Below are positions 1 to 16,190 of a DNA stretch of 64,000 bases, piece by piece (the first letter of the stretch is position 1; every line of letters begins with the position of its first letter). The DNA comes from the human T2T-CHM13v2.0 reference genome, Homo sapiens, in the NCBI RefSeq assembly GCF_009914755.1, contig NC_060931.1. One strand, given 5' to 3'. The position numbers were made by a program, and so were the translations under genes. The notes below the pieces were generated by a model that worked only from the letters and a program-made list of their open reading frames with translations, was not told the origin of the DNA and made no database searches.

Positions 1-94
1 CAACTCAGCAAACTTCTCTGACATCCAATAGGCCACAATCATAATGTCTACAATGAGGTCTGAAACCCAGCCTCGGGAGGCGGCTCCCCTTCCA

Positions 95-497
95 AGTTTG
101 TTCCTTTTGGGGTTGCTATTAATATAACAAAATGCCACAGACTGGGTGGCTTAAGCAACAGAAATTTATTTCCTCACAGTTCTAGAGGCTGGAAGTCCAA
201 GATCAAAGTGTTGGCAGGTCCGGTTTCTTCTGAGGCCTCCTCCACTGACTTGCAAATGGATACCCTCTTGCTATATCCTCACATGGCCTTTCCTCTGTGT
301 GCACATACAATCTTGGCATGGGGGGCATTGGGGGAAGGTGGTCTGTTTCCCAAGTTTCCTTTTCTTAGAAGGATACCAGTAAGACCAGATTAGGGATCAC
401 CAAAAAGGCCTCATTTTAATGTAATCACCTCTGTAAAGACCTTATCTCCAAATATGGTTACATTCTGAGGTACTAGGGATTAAGACTTCAACAAATG
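95..497 (-). mobile_element. MaLR LTR, MLT1B-like, truncated at its right end
   Basis: Typical MLT1 motifs: ccacagactgggtggcttaa, tcacagttctagaggctggaagtccaagatcaa, aaagaccttatctccaaat, cattctgaggtact. Boundaries approximate. Confidence 0.8.
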
Positions 498-508
498 ACG
501 TAGATATA

Positions 509-1415
509 AAGTTTTCACTGTAGATGTAAAACAAATCCAGTTCAGATAGCTCTAAACAGAGGCACAGTACCCTTCCAACATATTCTGAAGCCTCAGCACT
601 TGCCACAATAACATTCTACTTCAATACAACTAATATACTGAATAAATTTATGGAAAGCAGTATTTCAGAACGTCAAGTCTTGGTACTAGGAGTGCTCACG
701 ATTACCAGATTGGTTATTGCTTCTATGTGTCTTCTGTAGAAAAAAAAGCTAGGAAATATGGGCTTTCTGATATGTATTAATGGTGCAGTGTGTTGTTAAA
801 CTGCTTCCCTGGCAACATTCTATGTTCATGTTTTTACAACATTAGTATTTCTGCAGTTCGTACCCTTGTGATTTAGAATTAAGAAAGTAAAATGTGGTTT
901 TGCAATATCAAAGTATAGCCCAGTTACATTCTCTGCCACTTATTAATCTTAACTACTGTGACAACTTTGTTGATCAAGAACATGAAGTCCTGTGGTATAA
1001 CATTAATACACAAGATAACAGTTTCATTACCTTCTGCTGGAGTGATAAAACATAAACCACTTGCTTGGTCTAAGACAGCCCACACAGACACTTAAAAGTG
1101 TTGCTTTGAGGCAAGGAAGTTAGATGTCAAACTGTCTACTTCTTATACATAAATTGAAGTTTTCCTTGTAAATGTAAAACAAATCCAGTTCAGATATCTC
1201 TGAACAGAGGTATAGTACCCTTATGGCTTTTTCTGAAATCCCAGCAGTTGCCACAATAATGTTCTGCTTCAATACAACCAAGATATTGAATGAATTTCTG
1301 GAAAGCCTTATTTCAGGACTTTTATCTTGGTCCTAGGAATGCTCACTATCACTAGATTGGTTACTGTTTCTACAGATTTTCAGTACAAAAAGAAAAGATC
1401 TAGGAAATATAAGCT
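509..1415. repeat. Diverged ~250-bp direct duplication (copies ~509-765 and ~1157-1415)
   Basis: Shared blocks atgtaaaacaaatccagttcagata, cagaggYaYagtaccctt, ttgccacaataa, cttcaatacaac, tcttggtMctagga, agattggtta, ctaggaaatat. Roughly 80% identical by eye. The right half of each copy resembles an L1MC/L1MD 3' fragment (-). Confidence 0.85.
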
Positions 1416-1836
1416 TATTTATCTTTCATTTTATATATGTATGGTAAATATGCATGATATATGTATGTATATAAAAGTTCAGATTGTCATACTAATAATT
1501 TTCATTAAATGTAGGACTATATGTTCCTTATATTCTTAACAGGAGGGGACACTTACAGGCTCCTGGAGTACTTGGCAAGGCTCTGTATCCCCTTGTTACC
1601 AAAACAAGGATGTTTGCCTTTAGTAACTCATTATGCTTCATATCTGCTTCATGTGGTTTTCTGTATATACATTGTATAAATATTGTTTCATATAACAATG
1701 TTTTAAAATACCAAAATGGCAAAGTTAAAAATATGGCAAGGGTCTAAGACAAAAGTGTGCTCCCTCACCTCCTAGTGTGAATCAGCTTTGTGATATGGTA
1801 TCTCTTTAAATCTACAATCATCCATAGACTGCCTCA

Positions 1837-2150
<314 letters not shown>

Positions 2151-3029
2151 TCATACTAGGAATTCAAGATGATGTTCCCCAGTTAAATATTTTGGTCTAA
2201 TTTGGCAATTTTATAATGGTCCAAGGAAAGACTAATTATAAGAAGTCAAATACTAACAACTCCTGTGGGAAATAATGTCTCCTCCTGTCTTGTTATTCTC
2301 GGGATATACAGAACCTGGAATGTATAAGTTCATGCAAGTGTCCAGTCCACCCTCATAGGGTAAGAGCTTGTTGCCTATATATACAACTCTAAAGACAACA
2401 GATTCTCTCGTCTTTCCACGTGTCAACCTCTAAGCCAGAATTTCCAAAATTTCAGTCATTCAAAGGTACTAATGGCAGGTGCTAATGGTTATTACACACA
2501 TATACACATATGCACACATGTTCTATGTCAAATGAGCTGGAAGACAGTTCATGGTGTATTCTACTTGAAGACCCAAGCTCTGAGATCTCAGCTATACCTT
2601 GCAGTAGAGGACCTGATTAAATTTGTTTACTCTAGCTTTTGCCCAAGTAAGTTTACATCTAGCATCCGTCTGTCCTTGAAACTAGGTTTGGAAAATGTTG
2701 TACCAAGTAATGGCTTTGCTTCACCTCTAAAAATAATTTAGGAAGAAGCATATGATTTCTTCCTTCCCCAGAACTCTTCAGATTCCCTAGTAAGTGGGAA
2801 GGTAAGTAAGGAGGTAAATAAGGAAGCTTGTGGCTCCTATTGACCTACTTCCACCCCTTGGAAGATCCATTTGCATTTAGTGCACACAGAATTTGTCATG
2901 GTCTCAGACCAGAAGGTGAAACTGGTGTATGTCTTCCAGGTCATATGTATGATTTTTATATTGCTCATAGCACAACTTGTCATTTCTCTATGAAATTCTC
3001 AAGAAACTGGTTGAGGAATTTTGGAGACC

Positions 3030-3230
3030 ACAGTAATCAGGGATTCTCAAACTTTAAAGTAAAAAGAATCACCTTAAGTCCTTAAGTCCTATTTAAAACG
3101 TAGATTCCAGGAGCTGATTCCCAACAGGCTATGTAATAATGTAATAATGTTTAAGAAAGCAATATAACCATTTATTCGCAGGATTTTATCTATATTGTTA
3201 GATAGGTCTGGGGCTCAGGAATTTGCTTTT
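3030..3230. mobile_element. MER5-like hAT-Charlie fragment
   Basis: cagggattctcaaacttt...gaatcacc...agattcc...taggtctggggctcaggaatttgc. Confidence 0.5.
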
Positions 3231-3233
3231 TTA

Positions 3234-3502
<269 letters not shown>

Positions 3503-4958
3503 TAATGTGTTAGATGTTGGCAACTAATATATTCTAGTGCTTGTATAAACTACATATGAAAGCAAGATCCCTTTGGTAAACTAGAGTATGTCACGTTCTG
3601 ATAAACACATGGAATGAGGGAAGAAAAGCATTTTCTAATAAATAATAGCTATTTTTAACTTTGACAAGATAGGCAAATGAACCACCATTTTCTGAACATA
3701 TGCTGTCCACAGGCAATGTGCTACCCATATAATCTCATTCAATTCTTCTAGTAACACCCTGTAAATGATTGCTTTCCCATTCAGCTGATGAGAAAAGTAA
3801 GGACAAATAAATTACAAAGGTCCTTTAGATAGTAAGTAGCATATGGCTGCCTTCCAAGTTAATCTGGAGGGGTGATTAACTTTTCTGTCCCTATTTCCTA
3901 ATCAGCAAAATAACACAGCTATAAAATTATCTTTGGATATGTTGATGAACATCTAGCATGATTTTCTAGAGTCCAAAATGTAGCTGCTTCTAGTAAATTG
4001 AATATCTGGATAATTTTGGACTTTCAAAATAATTTTTCATGTTTTTACATATTATGCCATTTATTTTTAAAGTAATTTAAACTATTTGCATTTTAGTATT
4101 TAACTAAGATTAAGATAATATACCTGCCAGCAGAAAGGTTTTCAGTCACCAATAATTGAAAACCCATGTATCTATAATATAGCTATTAAATCTGAATATT
4201 TTAAAACAAAAAAAGGGACGACAGACATGTATAATGGTAATTTTTAAAAACAAATTATGGTCTTTGGTGCATATTAGATAAAAGTACCTTGTTCTCCTAT
4301 GTCATAGTTACCTAAGTACGTCAACATATTTCTTTGATATCCTTCCCAGATAAAAGTGGCTTCTTAGACACGGAGATAAAGAATCAGTTTTTTTCAAGGA
4401 CATTTTATTACATGACACTGTGCTAAACAGAACTACTGATTAGACAGATCATTTGCTAAGTGGAAGAAACTCTCTTTCATTTAATTATCCACTCAATCAC
4501 TTATTTACTGTTCTCTTCCTCCTTTAGAATTTCAGTATTCTCAGTCCTCAGTTAATCTGGGAATTCACCTATTTTTTTTTTTCACTCCTCTATATTTCCT
4601 TTCATAGAACTTAGCAGATAGAAGTCCCAAAGGACTAAAGATTCTACTTGTCCTAATGTCTTCCCCAGGGATTCCTGAAGCAAATCAATTCCCCATCTAT
4701 AAGATGGAAAATTAGTATATTCATGGAGGTTATATATGTTGGTAAAGAACTGTTCTAAAAGAGTTTCATGACCCATTGATAGAAAACTGAAGTAAAAAAA
4801 AATAAGTAGCACTTATTCTGGTTAGCTATAATGTTGTAAAACTTTGAACAATGCTAAAGCTAAAAAGTCTATTAGATGATAAATGTAGAAAACAAATATA
4901 AAAAAATTTAAATGTCTTTTTAAGGTGGAAATCATAACCATTAAAAACACTTGTTTGG

Positions 4959-5015
4959 AAAAAAAAAAAAGAGAGAGAGAGAGAGAGCAAGCAAAGAAAG
5001 AAAGAAAAAAAGAAA
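4959..5015. repeat. Compound (A)n(GA)n(GAAA)n microsatellite
   Basis: Read directly from the sequence. Confidence 0.85.
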
Positions 5016-6544
5016 GTAGAGGCTCTGGCCCAGCAGCTAGCCCAGGACCTGTCATGAATTAGGTGGGAATAACTGTAGGATCGAACAGAATTCCTAGGTA
5101 ATGGCTTGAATTTTATTTTCAAAAATAGGTACTGGAATTCATTTTTCAAATAATAAGTCTTCTATTTTTTCTCCTAAAAAATGTGTGTATATTGGTGGGA
5201 CAGGGGGAGAGGAGAGTTTGCTTTCTTTATGATAGGACCAATGTCTTATTTATCTTCAGACTCTCTCCACCGTGCTCCCAACACATGATGGTTATTCATT
5301 CAACAAATAATACAGCCCCTACCACCTTCCAGGTATTATGGCAGACCAGATGCTAAAGATAAAACCTAGTTCTATTACTACCATTACAGCCATTTTTAAA
5401 GTAACTACAGTGCACTAGTACAAACTTACTCTACAGAACCAACATTACTGTTTGATGCACACTGAAAACACATCGGATGTTTTTAGTTCATTCTCTATGG
5501 GCTGTTTGCCAATTGGGCCTTGGACCCCAAAATCTAGTAATCAGATTATTTGGTGATATATCCAATATGGGACACAGCAGGAAAAGCCTCAATAACAGGA
5601 CTGAGGCCCTATCACTTTCCATTCTTCTTCCTCTGCTCAATCAGATTTCAAAGCAGCACAGGTACGGAAAAAAAAGTTTTTAAAAAGTTGGTGTTATTAT
5701 CCTAGAGAAAACTGCAAGCTAATTATGTCCATCAGTACCAAGCTTCTTTGACCCTCCCTGCAAGAAGTAAGTCAATACCTACATTTTACATATTTTTCTT
5801 CTTTCCCACTCCCAATTAAGAAAACATACTTAAAGCAAAATCATGAAAAGGAACAAACACTTTAATTTTCTATACAAGTCCAATTTTTAGATTTAATTAT
5901 ATGAACAACCTACAGTAATTATATTTTTTAATTATGCTAATTTGTAATAATTACATTTAAGTCTCTTTGCTAAAACGTTACTGTGAAATTACATAACTCA
6001 TCATTTCAAATTGTTTATTACCATCAACGGAGTGTTTATAGTTCTCTAGTCAAAAACCATTCAAAACTACTGTCACTCGTAAATTACCTCACTTTTTTAT
6101 GCTGAGTCTTTCAAATGCAGAAATGTTCTTAAAAGCAGAACTTTATTATCAAGTTGGACTTAAGTAAACGCCTGGAAATGCATGGAGGCTGCAAAGGGGC
6201 ATTCTGACAATTTCATTGCATAAAAACCGCATTATTCTAAGGAAAAGCCTTATCCCAATTATTTTTTGAGGCTTTATATGGTAACATCATTTTTAGTAGA
6301 GCACAATAAAAGACAGTGGATATTGGAAAATACTTAATGAATAGATTATATTTATTTTTAAACCATATATGTACTAACTTCCCATTTTTTCAAATATCTT
6401 CCCTTAAATTAATGCTGAACAAATAAATAAGTCCCATAAAATGTTAACCAGAGAGATGTGAGGGCTGAGTGAAAGTTTTAAGGTAATATTGACTATCCAT
6501 TCTAGATTCAATTCTTTGATTTAAAAATTACTTCGTCAATGTGT

Positions 6545-6700
6545 ATACAAGGACGTAAGGGCAAAGCTAGTCATGTTATCCCCATTTTATAGCTAAGTAA
6601 ACTGAGTCTGAGAAAAATTTCAGTAACTTGGCCCAGATAGCATACCTGGGTATGTGGAAGCTGACTTCAAAGTTCTTAACTAAACCAAGCTATTCTGGTT
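6545..6700 (-). mobile_element. MIR fragment
   Basis: MIR core: tatccccattttatagctaagtaaactgagtctgaga...gtaacttggcccag. Confidence 0.7.
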
Positions 6701-6983
6701 CCTATATGATAACATGGTAAGAATTTGGAAGGGAAAAAAAAAAATCAAGCAGAGGTTTTGATGGTAATAACGTGACTAGTAAAATCTTAACAGAAATAAC
6801 CAAATTAAGGAGACTTATACTAAGCAGACCACTTAAGCAAAATGATGACATGATATCTTCTTAACTTAGTGAAGCTCAAAACAAACAGATTTTTGATACA
6901 TCAAATGGATTACTCAGAGAAGCATCTGAATCACACCACTAGATCCATAACATGGTTGGTAAAAATAATAAATTCTATATTCT

Positions 6984-7282
6984 GGAGGTCAGCAAACTGG
7001 TTTTGTGTGTCCTGAAAGCTAAGAATATCTTCACATGTTTAAATGGCTAAAAAGAAAAAAGATAATTATTCATGACATGTCAAAATTATAAGAAATTAAA
7101 ATTGTAGTGTCTATAAACTAAGTTTTATTGGAACACAGCCGTACTCATTCATTTGTGTACAATTTATTGCTGCTTTTGTACTACAACAGCAGAGTTGAAC
7201 TGTCAAGACAGAGACAATCTGATCCATAAAGCATAAAATATTTACCATGTGGCCCTTTACAAAAAAAGATTTGCTAACCCCT
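6984..7282. mobile_element. MER58 (MER58B-like) hAT-Charlie MITE
   Basis: Ends ggtcagcaaac...tttgctaacccct. Internal aagttttattggaacacagcc and aaaatatttaccatgtggccctttaca. Confidence 0.8.
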
Positions 7283-7976
7283 AATCTAACACATACATTA
7301 AATTGAATCCGTTGTTTTCATTACATGGAATTGAAAATAAACAGCATTTCGCTATTTTATTGAGAAGAATTACTATGAATCAAGAAACTATGATGTCAAC
7401 CATCAAATGGAATGTACATTGTTTCATTAAATTTGCCATATTCTGGGTAAGTAGAAACTTCCTTTAGACAATTTGGATTCAGGCTCTGTTTACTATAACA
7501 AGCTGTGTGGAATTATTCCTAGGTCGGCCCCAGAACTCTTGCACAAAGAACCCAACTTAGAAGGCAGAAAGGCTAAAAACAAAAACAAGCAGCAGCATGC
7601 AGTTTTATATGCCAATGCCAAGAAGGAGTTAAGATCTAAAGAAAAGAGGTTTAACAAAACAGAGACTTCCATATAGACTGCAACATAGCTACAATAAAGA
7701 AAGTGGTTTGAGCGTGTTACTCCTGCACATCATTAAAATTTCATTCTACACATAATGTAAGGTTTGTTTCCTCTAGTTAAACTGTTAAGTCAGTCTGCAA
7801 AGCTCATCTACTAGAGATGCACTCCTAACCAAAACAAAAATGTTAGCTAATTTGCTTCTGGCAAGAAATGTGCCTAGGTCCCAAGGAATACTCAAGAGCT
7901 ATAAAGTTATTCAAATGATACTGCTTTTATCCCACATCTGGAAAAGCCGATAACAGCTAATTTCACAAAGCCTTAC

Positions 7977-8127
7977 CTCAGAAAAGTTCATCCACAATTT
8001 GTAACAAAAGATCAAAACATTAACCCTCATTTAGAAGTCAATGAAAACAAGTATAAGTTTTCCCTGTCTCACTCAAGAAGGCAGACATGCTCTAAGAGGG
8101 AAAAACAGAAACACAATAGCAATAGAC
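7977..8127 (-). other. Candidate non-coding exon
   Basis: Minus strand: ttttttttttcctccag| ... ctgag|gtaagg, with an alternative acceptor at 8091. The portion from 8091 has stops in all three frames. No transcript evidence. Confidence 0.25.
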
Positions 8128-8419
8128 CTGGAGGAAAAAAAAAATCCATGGGTAATAATGAAATACAAAAAAAATTCAAAATATATTGCAGCGAAACGTT
8201 AGACATCGACAAAGCTGATAGAGCATAAATCCATATAAATTTCTACATCATTATAAAGCCACATCCATTATTACCACTAAACTAGCAGTCACTGATAGAA
8301 GAAGTTGTTTCCATTTTACTGTCAGAAAGCAGCTCCAACTGAAATCATTTTGCTAAAGAATTAACCAAATTAGCAGAAAGAAAAGACAAGGAAGTTCTGC
8401 TTTCTCGAAGGTTAATTTA

Positions 8420-9276
8420 AAAAAAAATTAAAAGTTTTATTGATACCTAATAGTTGTACATATTTAGGAGTACATGTGAAATTTTGATACAAGCATACAA
8501 TGTTAATTATCAAATGAGGGTAATTAGGATATCCATCATCTCAGGTATTTATCATTTTTTGTGCTAGGAATATTCCAATTCCACTGTTTTAGTTATGTTG
8601 AAATATACAATAAATTATTATTAACTACAGTCACCTTATCATGCTACTGAACATTAGATCTTATCCTTTCTTCCTATTTTTTTAACCACTAGCCAACTCT
8701 TCTTTATCTTTCCCCACCCCCACCCACCCCTTACCCACTATCTTTCCCAGCCTCTTCTAACCATTATTCTACTCTCTATCTCCACGAGATCAATTTATTT
8801 TTTAGATTTTTTTAGCTCCCAAATATGAGAACATGCAAAATTTGTCTTTCTGTGTCTGGCTTATTTCACTTAACATAATGTCTTCCAGTGCCATCTGGGT
8901 TGTTGCAAATGACAAGATTTCATTCTTTTTTATGGCTGAATAATATCCCTGTGGGTACATGTGCACATTTTCTTTATCCATTCATCAGTGGACATTTACG
9001 TTGATTCCATATCTTGGCTATTGTGAATAGTGCTGCAATAAACCTGAAAGTACAGGTAGCTCTTAAATATTATGATCTCCTTTCTTTTGGACATACAGCA
9101 GTGGAATTGCTGGATCATACAGTAGTTCTATTTTTAGTTTTTGGAGGAACCTCCATACTGTTTTCCATAATAGCTTTGTGAATGTACATTCTCAGTTACA
9201 CTGTAGGAAGAGTTCCCCTTTCTCCATGTCTTCGGCAGCATCCATTATTGCCTGTCTTTTTTGTAAAAGTCATTTT
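8420..9276 (-). mobile_element. L1MA 3' fragment, left half (interrupted by HERV-H)
   Basis: L1MA 3' UTR/ORF2-end motifs (ggcttatttcacttaacataatg, gctattgtgaatagtgctgcaataaac). Continues in register at 15549. Confidence 0.9.
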
Positions 9277-9726
9277 TGTCAGGCCTCTGAGCCCAAGCCA
9301 AGCCATCGCATCCCCTGTGACTTGCACGTATATGCCCAGATGGCCTGAAGTAACTGAAGAATCATAAAAGAAGTGAATATGCCCTGCCCCACCTTAACTG
9401 ATGACATTCCACCACAAAAGAAGTGTAAATGGCCGATCCTTGCCTTAAATGATGGCATTACCTTGTGAAAGTCCTTTTCCTGGCTCATCCTGGCTCAAAA
9501 AGCACCCCCACTGAACACCTTGCGACCCCCACTCCTGCCCGCCAGAGAACCCCCCTTTGACTGTAATTTTCCTTTACCTACTCAAATCCTATAAAACGGC
9601 CCCACCCATATCTCCCTTCGCTAACTCTCTTTTCAGACTCAGCCCGCCTGCACCCAGGTGAAATAAGCAGCCATGTTGCTCACACAAAGCCTGTTTGGTG
9701 GTCTCTTCAAACGGACGCACATGAAA
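9277..9726 (+). promoter_or_regulatory. 5' LTR7 (LTR7up-like) promoter
   Basis: Matches the LTR7 consensus as recalled. ACAAAAGA SOX motif 9414-9421, TATAAAA 9590-9596, GC/GT box after it. Poly(A) signal mutated to AATAAG at 9662-9667. Confidence 0.92.
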
Positions 9727-9728
9727 TT

Positions 9729-9746
9729 TGGTGCTGTGACTCGGAT
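9729..9746 (+). other. Primer binding site, tRNA-His
   Basis: TGGTGCTGTGACTCGGAT, one CpG transition from TGGTGCCGTGACTCGGAT. Confidence 0.93.
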
Positions 9747-9869
9747 GGGGGGACCTCCCTTGGGAGATCAATCCCCTGTCCTCCTGTTCTTTGCTCCATG
9801 AGAAAGATCCACCTACAACCTCAGGTCCTCAGACTGACCAGCCCAAGGAACATCTCACCAATTTTAAAT

Positions 9870-9878
9870 CAGGTAAGC
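9870..9878 (+). promoter_or_regulatory. HERV-H major splice donor
   Basis: CAG|GTAAGC, cut after 9872, about 150 nt downstream of the LTR as expected for HERV-H. Confidence 0.85.
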
Positions 9879-10325
9879 GGCCTCTTCTTATTCTCTTCTC
9901 CAACCTCTCTCATCACTGTCCCTCAACCACTTTCTCCTTTCCACTCTTCAATCTCTCCCTTCTCTTAATTTCAATTCCTTTCATTTTCTGGGAGAGACAA
10001 AGGCGACACGTTTTATCCGTGGACCCAAAACTCTGGCGCCGGTCACAGACTGGGAAGGCAGCCTTCCCTTGGTGTTTAATCATTGCAGGGACGCCTCTCT
10101 GATTATTCACCCACGTTTCAAAGGTGTCAGACCACCCAGGGATGCCTGCCTTGGTCCTTCACCCTTAGTGGCAAGTCCTGCTTTTCTGGGAAAGGGGCAA
10201 GTACCCCAATCCCTTCTCTCCTTGTCTCTACCCCTTCTCTGCTTTTCTGCGGGAGGGGCAAGTACCCCTCAACCCCTTCTCCTTCACTCTTAGCGGCAAG
10301 TCCTGCTTTTCTAGAGGGGCAATTA

Positions 10326-10635
10326 CCCCAACCTCGTATCTCTGCGCCCCAATCCCTTATTTCCATGCCCCAACCTCTTATATCTCTGCACCCCAATCCC
10401 TTATTTCCATGCCCCGACCTCTTATCTCTGCGCCCCAATCCCTTATCTCTGTGCCCCAATCCCTTATTTCCGTGCCCCAACCCCTTATTTCTGTGCCCCG
10501 ACCCTTTATTTCCGTGCCCTGACCCCTTATTTCCATGCCCCGACCCCTTATTTCTGCACCCCATCCCTTATTTCTGTGCCCCATCCCTTATTTCCATGCC
10601 CCAACCTCTTATCTCTGCACCCCAACCCCTTTTCC
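10326..10635 (+). repeat. HERV-H leader minisatellite, ~14.5 x 21 bp
   Basis: Unit CCCCRAYCYCTTATYTCYRYG, counted by hand. Confidence 0.9.
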
Positions 10636-10719
10636 TACTTTTCTGGAAGGTAAGAACCCCCGAACCCCTTCCCTCCATTTCTCTACTCCCTCTTTTCTCT
10701 AGGCTTGCTTCCTTCACTA

Positions 10720-11830
10720 TGGGCAACCTTCCACCCTCCATTCCTCCTTCTACTCCCTTGGCCTCTGTTCTCAAAAACTTAAAACCTCTTCAACTCACAC
10801 CTGACCTAAAACCTAAATGCCTTATTTTCTTCTGCAATGCCACTTGACCCCAATACAAACTCGACAGTAGTTCCAAATAGCCAGAAAATGGCACTTTGAA
10901 TTTTTCCATCCTGCAAGATCTAAATAATTCTTGTCGTAAAATAGGCAAACGGTCTGAGGTGCCTGACGTCCAGGCATTCTTTTACACGTCAGTCCCTTCC
11001 TAGTCTCTGTGCCCAGTGCAACTCGTCCCAAATCTTCCTTCTTTCCCTCCCGCCTGTCCCCTCAGTACCAACCCCAAGCATCACTGAGTCTTTCTAATCT
11101 TCCTTTTCTACAGACCCATCTGACCTCTCCCTTCCTCCCCAGGCTGCTCCTTGCCAGGCCGAGCTAGGTCCCAATTCTTCCTCAGCATCTGCTCCTCCAC
11201 CCTATAATCTTTTTATCACCTCCCCTCCTCACACCTGGTCCAGCTTACAGTTTTGTTCCCTGACTAGCCCTCCCCATCCTGCCCAGCAATTTACTCTTAA
11301 AAAGGTGGCTGGAGCTAAAGGCATAGTCAAGGTTAATGCTCCTTTTTCTTTATCCCAAATCAGACAGCATTTAGGCACTTTTTCAACAAATATAAAAATC
11401 CAGCCCAGCTCATGACTTGTTTGGCAGCAACCCTGAGACGCTTTACAGCCCTAGACCCTAAAAGGTCAAAAGGCCGTCTTATTCTCAAAATACATTTTAT
11501 TACCCAATCTGCTCCCGACATTAAATAAAACTCCAAAAATTAAATTCCAGCCCTCAAACCCCACAACAGGATTTAATTAACCTCGCCTTCAAGGTGAACA
11601 ATAATAGAAAAAAGTTGCAATTCCTTGCCTCCACTGTGAGACAAACCCCAGCCACATCTCCAGCACACAAGAACTTCCAAACGCCTGAACTGCAGCAGCC
11701 AGGCATTCCTCCAGAACCTCCTCCCACAGGAGCTTGCTACATGTGCCAGATATTTGGCCACTGGGCCAAGGAATGCCCGCAGCCCAGGATTCCTCCTAAG
11801 CCACGTCCCATCTGTGTGGGACCCCACTGA
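10720..11830 (+). pseudogene. gag: HERV-H gag remnant
   Basis: Starts MGNLPPSIPPS. CCHC zinc knuckle CYMCQIFGHWAKEC in ORF 11594-11830. Multiple stops and frameshifts. Confidence 0.8.
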
Positions 11831-11989
11831 AAATCGGACTGTTCAACTCACCTGGCAGCCACTCCCAGAGCCCCTGGAACTCTGGCCCAAGGCTCTCTGT
11901 CTGACTCCTTCCCAGATCTTCTCGGCTTAGCGGCTGAAGACTGACACTGCCCGATCGCCTTGGAAGCCCCCTAGACCATCACGGACGCC

Positions 11990-14480
<2,491 letters not shown>

Positions 14481-15085
14481 AGTCTCATTCCAGACACCAG
14501 ACCAACTTAGACTGTGCCCCAAAAAACTTGTCATCCCTACTATCTTCTGTCTAGTCATACTCCTATTCACCGTTCTCAACTACTCATACACGCCCTGCTC
14601 TTGTTTACACTGCCGGTTTACACTGTTTTTCCAAGCCATCACAGCTGATATCTCCTGGTGCTATCCCCAAACTGCCACTCTTAACTCTTGAAGTAAATAA
14701 ATAATCTTTGCGGGCAGGACTATGCTGAATCTCCTTAGGCACTCTCTAATCAGATATCCTGAGTCGTCCCAATTCTTAGACCTTTTATACCTGTTTTTCT
14801 CCTTCTGTTATTCCATTTAATTTCTCAATTCATCCAAAACCGTATCCAGGCCATCACCAATCATTCTATAAGACAAATGTTTCTTCTAATATCCCCACAA
14901 TATCACCCCTTACCACAAGACCTCCCTTCAGCTTAATCTCTCCCACTCTAGGTTCCCACACCGCCCCTAATCCTGCTTGAAGCAACCCTGAGAAACATCG
15001 CCCATTCTCTCTCCATACCACCCCCCAAAAATTTTCGCCACCCCAACACTTCAACACTATTTTGTTTTATTTTTCTTATTAATAT

Positions 15086-15098
15086 AAGAAGGCAGAAA
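15086..15098 (+). other. HERV-H polypurine tract
   Basis: AAGAAGGCAGAAA directly before the 3' LTR. Confidence 0.85.
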
Positions 15099-15548
15099 TG
15101 TCAGGCCTCTGAGCCCAAGCCAAGCCATCGCATCCCCTGTGACTTGCACGTATATGCCCAGATGGCCTGAAGTAACTGAAGAATCATAAAAGAAGTGAAT
15201 ATGCCCTGCCCCACCTTAACTGATGACATTCCACCACAAAAAAAGTGTAAATGGCCGATCCTTGCCTTAAGTGATGACATTACCTTGTGAAAGTCCTTTT
15301 CCTGGCTCATCCTGGCTCAAAAAGCACCCCCACTGAACACCTTGCGACCCCCACTCCTGCCCGCCAGAGAACCCCCCTTTGACTGTAATTTTCCTTTACC
15401 TACCCAAATCCTATAAAATGGCCCCACCCCTATCTCCCTTCGCTGACTCTCTTTTCGGACTCACCCCGCCTGCACCCAGGTGAAATAAACAGCCATGTTG
15501 CTCACACAAAGCCTGTTTGGTGGTCTCTTCACATGGACACGCATGAAA
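15099..15548 (+). terminator. 3' LTR7 with intact poly(A) signal
   Basis: 450 bp, 14 substitutions versus the 5' LTR by hand count. AATAAA at 15484-15489. SOX motif mutated (G15242A). Confidence 0.92.
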
Positions 15549-15708
15549 ATTTTCACTAGGTGAGATGATATCTCATTATAGTTTTGATTTGTATTTCTCT
15601 GATAATTAGTGATGTTGAACATTTTTTCATATACCTCTGGGACATTTGCATGTCTTCTTTTTGAGAAAAGTCTATTCAGATCTTTTGTACATTTTAAATC
15701 TGATTATC
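15549..15708 (-). mobile_element. L1MA fragment, right half
   Basis: ggtgagatgatatctcattatagttttgatttg continues the L1 sequence broken at 9276. Confidence 0.88.
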
Positions 15709-16009
15709 TGTAACAGAATTATAGCAAGGAGTATACTCCAAAAAAATTCAATCTTTATCATTAAAGAAACATCTAATGGTCATCTCATAGTAATTTCTCA
15801 ATTGCACAATGCCATTCTATTTTAGGGGGAAAAAATCTTCCTTTTGCCTTGGTTTCCACCTCTATGAAATGTATAGATCCGAGTCTATCTCCTAAATGTA
15901 AGATATTTAGTGCATAATATGTATACAGTGTTTAACATAAGTGAATCTCTCTCCTGCTCCCCTCCCCCTTGTTTACTTTACCCCCTGCCCCCAGACAGGT
16001 TTACTATAA

Positions 16010-16190
16010 GAGTATTGGCTATGAAATGCCTCTCATATGATTTAATGTGCATAGAAGTCTCTTGGAGAGCGTGCTTATAGGCAGATTCTAATTCAGTAGG
16101 CTTGGGGGTGGGACTAGAGAATCAGAATTTCTAACAATCTTTAGTAAAGCTGATCTTGCCTGTCCGTAGACTTTCAGTAGCAAGGCTCTA
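16010..16190. mobile_element. MER5-like fragment
   Basis: gcagattctaattcagtagg...gaatcagaatttctaacaa. Confidence 0.6.

Noticed and set aside
5430-5461. 32-nt minus-strand micro-exon (ttttcag|...|gtaagt)
   Set aside because: Short pyrimidine tract, not frame-preserving, and no compatible neighbouring exon.
10083-10847. 254-aa ORF and overlapping antisense ORFs
   Set aside because: Produced by the stop-poor 21-bp leader repeat running into the gag start. No ATG start and low complexity.
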